This document shows, piece after piece, positions 1 through 9,748 of a DNA stretch of 64,000 bases (position 1 is its first letter; each line of letters opens with the position of its first letter). Source of the stretch: Clostridia bacterium (GTDB lineage: Bacteria; Bacillota; Clostridia; Monoglobales; Monoglobaceae). Position numbers and translations under genes: made by a program. The notes under the pieces were generated by a model that was not told the DNA's origin, ran no database searches, and worked only from the letters and a program-made list of their open reading frames with translations. The stretch is taken from positions 6,417 through 70,416 of the forward strand of contig JAZNBG010000035.1 of the NCBI GenBank assembly GCA_045586925.1, read 5' to 3'.

Positions 1-34
1 CGATTTTAAATAATGCGGAAACATCTATATCCAT
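1..34 (-). CDS. First 11 codons of an unidentified CDS that runs off the left edge
   Basis: Minus-strand ATG (complement of 32-34) lies 9 nt downstream of AAGGAG (complement of 44-49). It reads MDIDVSALFKI, which is too short to identify. Confidence 0.3.
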   Translation of the reverse strand, partial: MDIDVSALFKI

Positions 35-116
35 ACACTTGTTCTCCTTGTTTTGTAATTTAGGTTTTATTTTAATACCACTCCGAGATGGCATTGCCAA
101 CCAACTTTCCGGAAAT

Positions 117-187
117 CCTCCCACCGTCTGCGACGGTCCCCCCTCCTTTAGGCAAGGAGGGCTTTGCGGAATGGCGAATCGGGGAGG
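117..187 (-). promoter_or_regulatory. GC-rich three-helix intergenic element (candidate structured leader or ncRNA; family not identified)
   Basis: Outer helix CCTCCC (117-122) / GGGAGG (182-187) encloses two perfect hairpins. These are ACCGTC-tgc-GACGGT (123-137) and CCCTCCTT-taggc-AAGGAGGG (141-161). The element sits in an otherwise AT-rich spacer upstream of the left-edge minus-strand gene. Confidence 0.25.
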
Positions 188-238
188 CAGGGTTAATTGC
201 ATATTGCTACAAAACTAGTATATGTAATTCCTTGAAAA

Positions 239-778
239 TTAAAACAGTTTTGGAGTTTTTTTCAAAGCCTTTGTTCTTGCAAGTGCTTTAACCAGAACAA
301 TCGCAATTATGTAGTCTACGATGTGATGTATGATTGTTCCCACACCGGTAACATAAAATGCGATATAAAACATATTTCCGTTTGACTCCGACCAACCAAC
401 GCTTAAGAAGAGCAATGAAACGAGTGCTTCAAAGATTGCGTGGAGTATCATAGTTGTTGCGCCAACAAGCACAATGCTGCAGTTTTTATTAATCATATAA
501 GCACCAACAACCGCAAAAATGATGTGGGATGCTGCGCGTGCAGTAACTGCGGGGTCAAGACCGGCAAAGATAAAACCTAAGGTTGTGCCCAAAGCGGTAA
601 AGATTGCTGAAATCGGCGAGATAAACATAGCAATAAAAACCGGAACATGTGCTGTCAAAGTAGCTGAAAATGGCGGAAGGTATACTCTAAGCCCACTGAA
701 CATTGTAGGAATGATTATTCCAAAAGCAATGAGCAATGCGGTAATGACCATATCTTTTGTGTTAAATGTCTTTTTCAT
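239..778 (-). CDS. Small polytopic membrane protein, ECF-transporter S-component-like (substrate unknown)
   Basis: 179-aa ORF that is almost entirely hydrophobic helices. The N-terminus MKKTFNTKDMVITALLIAFGIIIP is typical of ECF S components. AAAGGAG RBS upstream. Confidence 0.5.
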   Translation of the reverse strand: MKKTFNTKDMVITALLIAFGIIIPTMFSGLRVYLPPFSATLTAHVPVFIAMFISPISAIFTALGTTLGFIFAGLDPAVTARAASHIIFAVVGAYMINKNCSIVLVGATTMILHAIFEALVSLLFLSVGWSESNGNMFYIAFYVTGVGTIIHHIVDYIIAIVLVKALARTKALKKTPKLF

Positions 779-813
779 CTTTAATTCTCCTTTGCATTTT
801 TGTTAACACTACC

Positions 814-842
814 ATTTTAAGACTTTTATCAAAATATGTCAA
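814..842 (-). promoter_or_regulatory. Sigma-A-type promoter for the 239-778 gene
   Basis: On the minus strand: TTGACA (complement of 837-842), 17 nt, TAAAAT (complement of 814-819). Confidence 0.5.
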
Positions 843-894
843 GTTTTTAGCACGAATAAACAGGTTTTTCTTTGAAATATAAAGACTTTTGTGG

Positions 895-923
895 TTGACA
901 GTATGCAAAAAAAAGAGTATAAT
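895..923 (+). promoter_or_regulatory. Sigma-A-type promoter for metK
   Basis: TTGACA (895-900), 17 nt, TATAAT (918-923), about 60 nt upstream of the metK ATG. Confidence 0.6.
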
Positions 924-986
924 GTTATTTAGTAAAATAGGTGGATTGTGTAAGCTATTCGGCTTAAAATATAGGAGGAAGAAAAA

Positions 987-2147
987 ATGAGTTACAAGAA
1001 GTTGTTCACATCCGAGTCGGTTACAGAGGGGCATCCCGATAAAATTTCCGACTTGATTTCAGATGCGGTACTTGATGCGATTTATGCGAAGGACCCTCAG
1101 GCTCGTGTTGCTTGCGAGGTTACTGTGACAACAGGTTTGGTGGTTGTAGTTGGCGAAATCAGCACAAGTGCAAATATTGATGTACAGGAGATTGTAAGAG
1201 AAACTGTCCGCGAGGTAGGTTATGACCGTGCAAAATACGGTTTTGATTGCGACACCTGCGGTGTTATCTGTGCTCTTGACAAGCAGTCAAGCGATATTGC
1301 AATGGGCGTTGATGACAATGGCGAAGGCCACGGCGCAGGCGACCAGGGTATGATGTTTGGTTTTGCTTGTGACGAAACCGAAAGCTATATGCCTATGGCA
1401 ATTGACCTTGCACACAAGATGGCAAGACGCCTTACTGAAGTCAGAAAGAGCGGGCTTCTCCCATATCTCAGACCTGATGGAAAGACTCAGGTTACCGTCG
1501 AATACAACGAGGATGGAACGGTTAAGAGAATTGACGCCGTTGTTGTATCTAGCCAGCATGACGAAAAGGTTGAAATGGCTGACCTTCGTGCAGATATCGA
1601 AAAGTGGGTTATTCGTGCAACGATTCCTGCGGAGTTGATGGATGCAGATACGAAGATTTATATTAACCCCACGGGCAGATTTGTTATAGGCGGCCCTCAG
1701 GGTGATTCGGGACACACCGGCAGAAAGATTATTGTTGACACCTATGGCGGCTATGCGCGTCACGGCGGCGGTGCGTTCTCGGGCAAGGATCCCACAAAGG
1801 TTGACAGATCTGCGGCGTATGCGGCACGTTATGTTGCCAAGAACGTTGTTGCGGCAGGTCTTGCAAAATCCTGCGAGGTTCAGCTTGCTTATTCGATTGG
1901 TGTTGCAAAGCCTGTATCACTTAGAATTGATACCTTTGGAACAGGTAAAATCAGCGAAGAAAAAATTTCCGAACTGGTTAGCAAGGTGTTTGACCTGACA
2001 CCCAGCGGAATTATTAATACTCTTAATCTTAGAAGACCCATCTATAAACAGACAGCGGCTTATGGACATTTTGGACGCACAGACATTGACCTTCCGTGGG
2101 AGGCAACCGACAAGGCGGGCGTTCTTAAAGAAATGGCAGGGTTTTAA
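987..2147 (+). CDS. metK: S-adenosylmethionine synthetase
   Basis: 386 aa with hallmark motifs [29 protein letters not shown] and [26 protein letters not shown]. Confidence 0.97.
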   Translation: MSYKKLFTSESVTEGHPDKISDLISDAVLDAIYAKDPQARVACEVTVTTGLVVVVGEISTSANIDVQEIVRETVREVGYDRAKYGFDCDTCGVICALDKQSSDIAMGVDDNGEGHGAGDQGMMFGFACDETESYMPMAIDLAHKMARRLTEVRKSGLLPYLRPDGKTQVTVEYNEDGTVKRIDAVVVSSQHDEKVEMADLRADIEKWVIRATIPAELMDADTKIYINPTGRFVIGGPQGDSGHTGRKIIVDTYGGYARHGGGAFSGKDPTKVDRSAAYAARYVAKNVVAAGLAKSCEVQLAYSIGVAKPVSLRIDTFGTGKISEEKISELVSKVFDLTPSGIINTLNLRRPIYKQTAAYGHFGRTDIDLPWEATDKAGVLKEMAGF

Positions 2148-2190
2148 AATTCTGCTGCTCTGCGGAGCAGAAAGAAAATGATAAAATATA

Positions 2191-2227
2191 AAAGATCTGT
2201 CATACTTTAGGCAGGTCTTTTGCTTTA
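2191..2227 (+). terminator. Candidate rho-independent terminator after metK
   Basis: AAAGATCTG / CAGGTCTTT stem (one G-U pair) with a 12-nt loop, followed by TTGCTTT. Confidence 0.4.
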
Positions 2228-2268
2228 AAGTGGTAAAGCACCGGATGCTTCCCAGAGAGGATTACAAA

Positions 2269-2868
2269 ATGGATTATTATGTTTCACCCCTTCAAAATCT
2301 TATAGACGAATTTCAAAAGCTTCCCGGAATCGGCAACAAAACCGCGCAACGTCTTGCGTATTATGTGCTTAATATGCCAGAGCAGTCGGCTAATCGTTTT
2401 GCAAATGCGATTGTTGATGCAAAGAAAAAGATTACCTATTGTAAGGTGTGTCAAAACTTTTCTGATCGTGAAGAATGTTCGGTTTGCAGCAATCCCGCCC
2501 GTGATAAGGGTGTTATTTGTGTTGTTGAAAATCCCCGTGATGTAATTCAGATGGAAAAAACGAACGAGTTCAAGGGCACATATCACGTTCTTCATGGCGC
2601 GATTTCGCCAATGGATAACGTAGGTCCCGAGGATATACGAATAAAAGAACTGATGGCAAGGATTACCTCTGGCGAGGTAAGAGAGGTTATTATGGCAACC
2701 AACCCCAATTTAGAGGGCGAAACAACGGCGATGTATATTTCAAAGCTGATAAAGCCTTTTGGAGTAAAGGTGACAAGAATTGCTCACGGCGTGCCTGTGG
2801 GCGGTGAGCTTGAATATGCCGACGAAATAACTTTGGCAAGGGCACTTCAATGGCGGATTGAGTTATGA
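2269..2868 (+). CDS. recR: Recombination protein RecR
   Basis: HhH motif [17 protein letters not shown], a C4 zinc finger ([16 protein letters not shown]) and a Toprim region. Start moved to ATG 2269, which follows AGAGAGGA; the ORF-track start at 2230 lacks an RBS. Confidence 0.95.
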   Translation: MDYYVSPLQNLIDEFQKLPGIGNKTAQRLAYYVLNMPEQSANRFANAIVDAKKKITYCKVCQNFSDREECSVCSNPARDKGVICVVENPRDVIQMEKTNEFKGTYHVLHGAISPMDNVGPEDIRIKELMARITSGEVREVIMATNPNLEGETTAMYISKLIKPFGVKVTRIAHGVPVGGELEYADEITLARALQWRIEL

Positions 2869-3644
2869 TGAAGGAAAAGATTCGTGAATTTGCTAAGACG
2901 CTTGGACTGCAGAAGGTAGGCTTTTCGGATAATGCGGTGGTTGTATTGTTCCCTTATTTCGTTAAGGGCGAGGAAGGCAACATTTCAATGTACGCACGGG
3001 GGCTTGATTATCACCGCATTGCAGAGGCTAAACTGAAACGGCTGGAGAGCTTTTTGCAGACTTTAGGTGCCACAGAAACTCTTATTCACGCAGACAAGGG
3101 TACACTTGACGACCGTCGGGCGGCATATGATGCGGGGCTTGGCTTTTTTGGAGAAAACGGAATGTTGATTTGCCGCGAATATGGCTCGTATTTCTTTATC
3201 GGGCAGGTGGTGCACAATCTGCCGATTAAATGTGATACTCCACAGACTGAAAAATGTCTGGCGTGCGGAGCGTGCAAAAGGTTCTGCCCCGGTGGAGCTT
3301 TAGGCGAGGATGGGTTTAAAATTGATAAATGCCTATCACAGATTTCGCAGAAAAAGGGAGAGCTTTCTGCTTATGAACAGAAGCTTTTAAAGGAGAATGG
3401 TCTTTGCTGGGGCTGTGATGTATGTCAGGCGGTTTGTCCTCACAATAAGGATTTGCAAACCACGGCAATGCCCGAATTTTGTGAAAGACGAATAATCCGA
3501 CTTAAACCTGAAGATTTAGAGGGCTTAAGCAATCGTGAGTTTAAAGATAAATTTGGCGAATATGCGTTTTCGTGGCGTGGCAAAGGCGTGCTCGAAAGGA
3601 ATTTGAAGATATTGTTTTCTCAAATGGAGGGCATAAATGAATAA
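2865..3644 (+). CDS. QueG-like 4Fe-4S protein (putative epoxyqueuosine reductase)
   Basis: Two ferredoxin-type clusters, [12 protein letters not shown] and [14 protein letters not shown], after an N-terminal DUF1730-like region. Start overlaps the recR stop (ATGATG). Confidence 0.6.
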   Translation: MMKEKIREFAKTLGLQKVGFSDNAVVVLFPYFVKGEEGNISMYARGLDYHRIAEAKLKRLESFLQTLGATETLIHADKGTLDDRRAAYDAGLGFFGENGMLICREYGSYFFIGQVVHNLPIKCDTPQTEKCLACGACKRFCPGGALGEDGFKIDKCLSQISQKKGELSAYEQKLLKENGLCWGCDVCQAVCPHNKDLQTTAMPEFCERRIIRLKPEDLEGLSNREFKDKFGEYAFSWRGKGVLERNLKILFSQMEGINE

Positions 3645-4962
3645 AAATGACATTTTTGAAATAGAAATAACAGGAACAACCGATCAGGGCGATGGCGTAG
3701 GCCGGGCCGAAGGTATGGCGGTGTTTGTTCCTTATGCACTTATGGGCGAGGTTGTGCGAGTTATAATTGTCAAGGTAATGAAATCCTTTGCATACGGCAA
3801 GCTGATGGAGGTAATATCCCCGTCACAGCACAGAATCAAAGCCGAGTGCGAGTATTTTTATAAATGTGGCGGATGTCGGTTCTGGAATGTTGAATACTCT
3901 CAGGAACTTGAATACAAACGACAGAATGTTAAAGATTGTCTGGAGCGGATTGGCAAGATTTATATTGATGTTCCCGAAACATTGGGATGCCTGAACTGCA
4001 GGGGTTACCGCAATAAAGGGCAGTTCCCCGTCAGCAAGGATGGTATTGGTATTTATGCCCAAAACAGCCACAGGGTTATTGATGTTGACAGGTGCATTAT
4101 TCAGGGTGACGAAAACCCTCAGGTCTTGTCTGCTGTTCGTGAGTGGATGACCGAGTGCGGTGTGGAGCCATATAATGAGGAAAACCATTCAGGGTGTATT
4201 CGGCATATTTATACCAGATGTGCACAATCGGGTGTTATGGTGTGCATTGTCACAAGAACAGAGGCTATTCCTTGCCGTGAAAGGCTGGTTGAAATTCTTC
4301 GCCAAAAGGTTGAAGGACTTTCGGGTGTCATTCACAATATGAATGAAAAGCAAACAAATGTTGTTCTTGGCAGACGGTTCAGGACGCTCTGGGGAGAGGA
4401 TTATTTAATTGACAGCATCGGGCACTGCAAATTCAAGTTGTCACCGCTTTCTTTCTATCAGGTAAACAATGCCCAGACAAAGGTTTTATATGACAAGGTA
4501 GCAGAGTTTACACAACTGAACGGATGCGAGGTTGTGTGGGATTTATATTGCGGCATCGGTACAATCGGTCAGTATCTTGCAAAAGATGCAAAGAAAATCG
4601 TGGGTTGCGAGGTTGTTCCTCAGGCGATTGAAAATGCTAAAGAAAATGCAAGGCTCAACGGGATTGAAAATACCGAGTATTATTGTGGAACAGCAGAAGA
4701 GATTGCACCAAAGCTAAATGGCGAAAGACCGGATGTTGTTATTCTTGACCCGCCAAGAAAGGGATGTGAGGAAAGCCTGCTTAAAACTGTTGCAAAAACC
4801 GGTGCAAAGCGGATTGTATATGTTTCCTGCAAACCTTCAACTTTGGCAAGAGATTTGAAAATTCTTGAGGAGCTGGGCTATAAAGTCCAAAAGGTTCAAC
4901 CGGTTGATATGTTCCCCAGGACGCATCATGTTGAGTGCGTCGTGCGACTATATCGGGAATAA
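3637..4962 (+). CDS. 23S rRNA (uracil-C5)-methyltransferase, RlmD/RumA family
   Basis: N-terminal TRAM-like domain, a Cys cluster (CEYFYKCGGCRFW), the SAM motif DLYCGIGTIG, and DPPRKG plus a catalytic Cys (YVSCKPST). Confidence 0.85.
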   Translation: MNKNDIFEIEITGTTDQGDGVGRAEGMAVFVPYALMGEVVRVIIVKVMKSFAYGKLMEVISPSQHRIKAECEYFYKCGGCRFWNVEYSQELEYKRQNVKDCLERIGKIYIDVPETLGCLNCRGYRNKGQFPVSKDGIGIYAQNSHRVIDVDRCIIQGDENPQVLSAVREWMTECGVEPYNEENHSGCIRHIYTRCAQSGVMVCIVTRTEAIPCRERLVEILRQKVEGLSGVIHNMNEKQTNVVLGRRFRTLWGEDYLIDSIGHCKFKLSPLSFYQVNNAQTKVLYDKVAEFTQLNGCEVVWDLYCGIGTIGQYLAKDAKKIVGCEVVPQAIENAKENARLNGIENTEYYCGTAEEIAPKLNGERPDVVILDPPRKGCEESLLKTVAKTGAKRIVYVSCKPSTLARDLKILEELGYKVQKVQPVDMFPRTHHVECVVRLYRE

Positions 4963-5001
4963 TTTTAGCTCACTTAAATAATCTATGCTTTGGAGGTAAT
5001 T

Positions 5002-6135
5002 ATGAAAGCAAATACAACACAATCAAATAATAAAAGAACCAGAAATAGTGCTATTGAGTTGTTGCGTATTTTTTCTATGTTCGCAATTGTTTTGTGCCAT
5101 TTTGCAACACATGGAAGCTTTAGGTTTTCATCACAAAGCATTACAATACCACGTCTTTGGTGGAGTTTTATTGAAATGGGCGGAAACTTCGGCGTTGATG
5201 TCTTTGTTCTGATTTCCGGATACTTTTTAATTGATAATAAAAACACATATTTTAGTTTTACAAAGACAATGAGAATTTGGGGGCAAATAGTTTTTTATTC
5301 CATTTTCCTTTTCGTGTTCTCATTTTTTATTGGGTATGGCAGGTTTAATCTGAGGAATATTATACAAACCTTCTTTCCGATTACTTTTTCTACATGGTGG
5401 TTTGCCAGCACATATTTTGTGTTGTTCCTCTTGCATCCATATATTAATAAATTACTGCATAATTTAGAGAAAAAACAGTATCAGAAACTTTTGATAATTC
5501 TTACAATTTGCTGGTGCATCATTCCAACATTAACGAATAAAAAATTTCAATTAAGTCCGTTGCTGGAATTTGTTTATTTATATTCAATAGCAGGGTACAT
5601 TAAAATATATGGAATTAATCATAAATTGAAAAGCAGTCACTGTTTAGGACTTTTTTGCATATTTACATTTATTACATATCTATCTTGTGTGTTCTTTATG
5701 GTTGCGGGAACAAAAATTGCATCTTTTTCGAACCACTCTCTATATTTTTATGAAAGAAATAAATTACCTACCCTTGCGATGGCGCTTTTCATTTTTATCT
5801 TCTTTATAAAAATGAAACCTTTTTGCAACAACGGGATAAATAAAGTTGCATCTGCAACATTTGGTGTGTATCTTTTGCATGATAGTCCTCTTCTTAGAAG
5901 GTTTTTCTGGATAGACATATTTAAAAATGCCTCATTTCAAAACTCCATTTGGATTATCTTTTATTCTATTGGTGTTTGCATTTTGATTTACAGCGTATGT
6001 ACGCTTATGGATTTAGCCAGACAAAAATTTATTGAAGGACCATATATGAATCTTTTAAGCAAGCATCAGTCAAAAATTATAAGACCAATTAGTTTTGTAT
6101 ATGATAAGGCAAGAAAAATTATCTTTGACGATTAA
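5002..6135 (+). CDS. Membrane O-acyltransferase (acyltransferase family 3)
   Basis: The opening NSAIELLRIFSMFAIVLCHF and about 10 TM helices are typical of acyltransferase_3. ATG 5002 follows GGAGG. Confidence 0.75.
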   Translation: MKANTTQSNNKRTRNSAIELLRIFSMFAIVLCHFATHGSFRFSSQSITIPRLWWSFIEMGGNFGVDVFVLISGYFLIDNKNTYFSFTKTMRIWGQIVFYSIFLFVFSFFIGYGRFNLRNIIQTFFPITFSTWWFASTYFVLFLLHPYINKLLHNLEKKQYQKLLIILTICWCIIPTLTNKKFQLSPLLEFVYLYSIAGYIKIYGINHKLKSSHCLGLFCIFTFITYLSCVFFMVAGTKIASFSNHSLYFYERNKLPTLAMALFIFIFFIKMKPFCNNGINKVASATFGVYLLHDSPLLRRFFWIDIFKNASFQNSIWIIFYSIGVCILIYSVCTLMDLARQKFIEGPYMNLLSKHQSKIIRPISFVYDKARKIIFDD

Positions 6136-6234
6136 TGATATTATAGCAGACCTCAACAAGACACGTCGAAACTTTAGTGCAGGTCGTGAGAATTGATCAA
6201 GAACTGAAATATGACAGAAAAAGGAGGCGAAAAT

Positions 6235-6762
6235 ATGAACACAGTTGTAATTTACAAATCAAAATACGGCTCTACCAAGGCCTATGCCGAATGGATTGCC
6301 GAGGAGCTTGGATGCCCGGCAGTTGATGCCGAAGTTATCAACCCGACGGATTTTGATAAATACGATACAATAGTATATGGCGGAGGTCTGTATGCAGAAA
6401 TGATTGCAGGCATCAGCCTGATAACAAAAAATATGGATAAGCTGAAAAATAAAAAAATAGCTGTATTTTCAGCCGGACTGACACCTCTTGATTGTCGTGA
6501 ATATTATGACAAAATGGTAATAGAGAAGAACTTTAAGCAAGGTGTTCCTTCGAATATAAAGATTTTTAATTTTATGGGCAAGATGATAATTGATGAACTC
6601 AGCCTCCCGCATAAGGCGGCAATAAAAATGCTCAAAAAGGTGATGTCAGGCAAGAAAAACCCCACCGATATGGAACGCTTGCTGATTGATTTATGTGATG
6701 CAGATGGAGATTTTACAAACCGTGATGAAATTGTAGCACTTGTGGAATATATAAAGGGATAA
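6235..6762 (+). CDS. Flavodoxin-domain protein
   Basis: VVIYKSKYGSTKAYAEWIAEEL is a flavodoxin-like FMN-loop motif. ATG 6235 follows AAAGGAGG. Confidence 0.7.
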   Translation: MNTVVIYKSKYGSTKAYAEWIAEELGCPAVDAEVINPTDFDKYDTIVYGGGLYAEMIAGISLITKNMDKLKNKKIAVFSAGLTPLDCREYYDKMVIEKNFKQGVPSNIKIFNFMGKMIIDELSLPHKAAIKMLKKVMSGKKNPTDMERLLIDLCDADGDFTNRDEIVALVEYIKG

Positions 6763-6784
6763 ACACGAAGGATGCGGTAAGCGA

Positions 6785-7477
6785 ATGAACAAAAGAAAAT
6801 TCTTTACGGGAAATCAACTGAAAGTTATTGCTGCAATTGCTATGGTTATTGACCATATTGGTGCTTGCTTATTTCCCCAATTGACTGTTTTGCGAATAAT
6901 CGGACGGCTGGCATATCCTATATTTGCATTTATGATTGCAGAGGGCTTTGAACATACCAAAAACCGTAAAAAATATTTAATCAGAATGGTTGTTATGGCT
7001 GTGTTTTTACAGTTGGTTTATGCGGTGGTAGTGCGGTCGGCGTTTCAGTGCATATTTATAACGTTCTCGTTGTCAATAGTTCTTTGTATGCTTGCAGATA
7101 ACGCAATGAAAAGGAATAATACAATTAATTGGGCTTTGTTTGCGTTAGCGGTGATTGTGGTGTGCTTTTACACAACTGTCTTGCCGGATATTCTGGCAGG
7201 TACAGGATTTGCAGTGGATTACGGTTTCTTTGGCGTTATGCTGCCGGTGGCGGTGTTTATGGCTAGGACAAAAAACGCTAAGCTGATTATATTTACTGTT
7301 ATGCTATGCCTGCTATGGACGGTTTGTGGATATATACAGGGATTTGCACTTATGACAGTTCCGCTTATTGCGATGTACAATGGCGAAAGAGGAAGACGGA
7401 GATTAAAAAACTTCTTTTACATCTTTTATCCGGTGCATATGGCGGTCATTTATCTGATACAGCTTTTTATAAATTGA
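6785..7477 (+). CDS. TraX-family membrane protein
   Basis: LKVIAAIAMVIDHIG and a polytopic profile are typical of the TraX family. It is isolated among housekeeping genes. Confidence 0.65.
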   Translation: MNKRKFFTGNQLKVIAAIAMVIDHIGACLFPQLTVLRIIGRLAYPIFAFMIAEGFEHTKNRKKYLIRMVVMAVFLQLVYAVVVRSAFQCIFITFSLSIVLCMLADNAMKRNNTINWALFALAVIVVCFYTTVLPDILAGTGFAVDYGFFGVMLPVAVFMARTKNAKLIIFTVMLCLLWTVCGYIQGFALMTVPLIAMYNGERGRRRLKNFFYIFYPVHMAVIYLIQLFIN

Positions 7478-7507
7478 ATACACATAGAATAATACGGAGG
7501 ATTAAAA

Positions 7508-8302
7508 ATGGAAACAGGAATAAATTTGTTTTGTTACGGAGACAAAAGTGTACTTGATATATCCGAACAGGTTAAACTGATGAAGGAAAATGATTTTACT
7601 CATACCTTTATAATGGCAGACCATCCGCACCTTGACGCTGCTGTGGTAGACAAGGTTAAGCGCGCCGGGATTACATTTGACACACTCCACGCACCATTTT
7701 ACGGAATTAATGATATGTGGAAGGAAGGTATCGACGGCGACGAAATGCTGCAAAGGCTTGTTGAATGTATCCGGAAATGTGCAGACTTTGATATCCCTGT
7801 TGCGATTGTACATTTGTCATCGGGCAAGCCTGCTCCGGTAATTAGCGATATAGGCAACAGCCGGTTTGCTCGGCTGATTGAAAAAGCGCGGGAGAAAAAT
7901 ATAACATTGGCGTTTGAAAATCAGCGTTTTGTTGCAAATCTTGCGTCTGTGATGGAACAACACGCAGATGCCGGTTTTTGCTGGGATGTTGGTCATGAGG
8001 GCTGTTTTACAAAAGGAATACATTTTATGAACCTGTTTGGCAATAGGCTGACGGCGGTTCATCTGCATGACAACCATCACTTGCCCGATGAGGATGAACA
8101 CCTTATACCATTTGACGGAATTTGCGACTATTCCCATATTGCAGAAACTTTGATTCACTATAATTTTAGTGGGACAGTAATGCTTGAGGTGTTCAGGTCA
8201 GAAAGCGATAAATATATAAATTTTACGGCAAAGGAATATTATAAACACGCAGGAGAGGCTGCAAAAAAGCTTGTCAGCCTGATAGAGAGCAAAAAACAAT
8301 GA
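7508..8302 (+). CDS. Sugar-phosphate isomerase/epimerase (xylose-isomerase-like TIM barrel)
   Basis: 264 aa with AFEN, HLHDN and LE motifs, the metal-binding pattern of the AP-endonuclease-2/TIM-barrel family. GGAGG RBS. Confidence 0.65.
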   Translation: METGINLFCYGDKSVLDISEQVKLMKENDFTHTFIMADHPHLDAAVVDKVKRAGITFDTLHAPFYGINDMWKEGIDGDEMLQRLVECIRKCADFDIPVAIVHLSSGKPAPVISDIGNSRFARLIEKAREKNITLAFENQRFVANLASVMEQHADAGFCWDVGHEGCFTKGIHFMNLFGNRLTAVHLHDNHHLPDEDEHLIPFDGICDYSHIAETLIHYNFSGTVMLEVFRSESDKYINFTAKEYYKHAGEAAKKLVSLIESKKQ

Positions 8303-8309
8303 TAAAGGG

Positions 8310-8340
8310 GCTGTCTGTTTAAACAGACAGCTATCTTTAT
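8310..8340 (+). terminator. Candidate terminator
   Basis: Perfect palindrome GCTGTCTGTTT/AAACAGACAGC (8310-8331) followed by a T-rich tail. Confidence 0.5.
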
Positions 8341-8404
8341 GTGCATATATCTGTATTTAAATTCATATAATTAAACATCCTACTTGCGAGAAAGGAAATA
8401 CAGA

Positions 8405-9607
8405 ATGAAACGATACAGAGCCGTAATAATTGACGGAAAAAAGATTATAAGACGAGGGCTGCAAATTGGCATAATGATGGTTGTTGCAAGCCTTGCCCTT
8501 GTTAATATAAAAATTGCAGACATCCAATGGAATGTCCCTGACGGTCGGCAAATCATCAGCGAAAGCATACCGGCAATTCATGGGGGTAACGACGAAGGCG
8601 GGCTGGCGATTTCAGGCGTTCTTAAGAAGATATTCAGTTTTGTTATGACAATTGACCCAAATGACGAAAGAACGGTAATTTTTTCGGAGCTGCCTGTTGT
8701 CCGTGCGGTAAGCGGTGGTTATCTTGCAAGACTGGCAAATGAAGCTGTTGAGGGGGCATATAGCCACAAGAATACTGATAATAGTCAAGGAACGGCTGAA
8801 ACGCCAATTTCCCAAGAAAATCAATATCCGATAAAAGAGATTGATTCAAGTCAGGCAAAGGCGTTGGGTAAAAATTCAGGAAAGATACTTATTCGCAACG
8901 AAACAACATATAGCATAAATGTTGACGAAATGCTAAAAGCTCCTCTCACATTTGATATGAAGGGAAATGCCCCCAAAATTCTGATAGTACATACACATGG
9001 CACCGAATGCTATTCCCCTGAAGGCGCAGAAACCTATCAGGCAGATAAAAGCGACCGCAGCCTTGACAAATCCCAAAATGTGGTCAAGGTGGGTGAGGCG
9101 ATGAAACAAATCTTTGAGGAACAAGGCATTTCTGTCATTCATGACACCACGCTGCACGACCATCCTGACTTCAACGGCTCCTACGAGAATTCCCGCAAGA
9201 CGGTCGAAGGCTATTTATCAAAATACCCGAGCATATGTATGGTGCTTGATATTCACCGTGATGCCTTTGTATACGAGGATGGCAGCAAGGCAAAATTCAT
9301 TTCCGAAATAGATGGCAAAAAGGTTGCCCAGCTTATGTTTGTTGTGGGAAGCGACGCCGGTGGACTTGAGCATCCTAACTGGCGTGAAAATATGAAGCTG
9401 GCACTTAAACTGCAAAATCACATCAACGGCGACTACCCAACGCTGATGCGTGGTGTAAATCTGCGCACCGAAAGGTTTAACGGGCATACTACCTGCGGCA
9501 GTATGATAATTGAGGTGGGCAGCAGCGGTAATACCCTTTCTGAAGCCGTAGACGGAGCAAAATACGGAGCCTCAGCAATTGCCGAATATTTAAACACCCT
9601 AAAATAG
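8405..9607 (+). CDS. spoIIP: Stage II sporulation protein P
   Basis: N-terminal TM segment and a C-terminal amidase-like domain with ILIVHTHGTECY, LDIHRDA and IIEVGS motifs. ATG 8405 follows GAAAGGAAA. Confidence 0.85.
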   Translation: MKRYRAVIIDGKKIIRRGLQIGIMMVVASLALVNIKIADIQWNVPDGRQIISESIPAIHGGNDEGGLAISGVLKKIFSFVMTIDPNDERTVIFSELPVVRAVSGGYLARLANEAVEGAYSHKNTDNSQGTAETPISQENQYPIKEIDSSQAKALGKNSGKILIRNETTYSINVDEMLKAPLTFDMKGNAPKILIVHTHGTECYSPEGAETYQADKSDRSLDKSQNVVKVGEAMKQIFEEQGISVIHDTTLHDHPDFNGSYENSRKTVEGYLSKYPSICMVLDIHRDAFVYEDGSKAKFISEIDGKKVAQLMFVVGSDAGGLEHPNWRENMKLALKLQNHINGDYPTLMRGVNLRTERFNGHTTCGSMIIEVGSSGNTLSEAVDGAKYGASAIAEYLNTLK

Positions 9608-9611
9608 AATA

Positions 9612-9645
9612 AAGGAGCTGTCGCAAAAAGCGGCAGCTCCTTTGG
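9612..9645. terminator. Bidirectional terminator between convergent spoIIP and the fumarate hydratase gene
   Basis: AAGGAGCTGTCGC-aaaaa-GCGGCAGCTCCTT hairpin flanked by A/T runs on both sides. Confidence 0.6.
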
Positions 9646-9748
9646 GATGGACGCAAAATAGTGCAGATTGGAAAAACTTAGGTCTGAGACTGTATGTGGA
9701 TGCTGCGAGAGGCGAAGTTTTTTCAAAACGCAAAGCGTTTGCAATAAG

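Noticed and set aside
88-291. 67-aa plus-strand ORF (MALPTNFPEILPP...) in the left intergenic spacer
   Set aside because: It has no RBS and a Pro/Gly-rich low-complexity translation caused by the GC-rich hairpins. It also runs antisense into the end of the 239-778 gene. It is better explained as structured non-coding DNA.
924-986. Expected SAM riboswitch in front of metK
   Set aside because: Only about 60 nt separate the promoter -10 from the ATG. None of the S-box or SMK-box signature sequences is present, so no riboswitch was called.
1287-1763. Antisense and alternative-frame ORFs inside well-supported genes. Examples: 1287-1763 in metK, 3823-4188 in the rlmD-like gene, 12188-12631 in trmFO, 40266-40718 in the effector gene, 62183-62642 in mutL.
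   Set aside because: They lie fully within genes that have strong family motifs on the other strand or frame. They lack RBSs and give low-complexity or Cys/Arg-rich translations typical of shadow ORFs.
6785-7477. TraX gene as evidence of a conjugative element in the left flank
   Set aside because: It is a single gene with host-like composition, flanked by housekeeping or metabolic genes. No recombinase, repeats or transfer genes are nearby.
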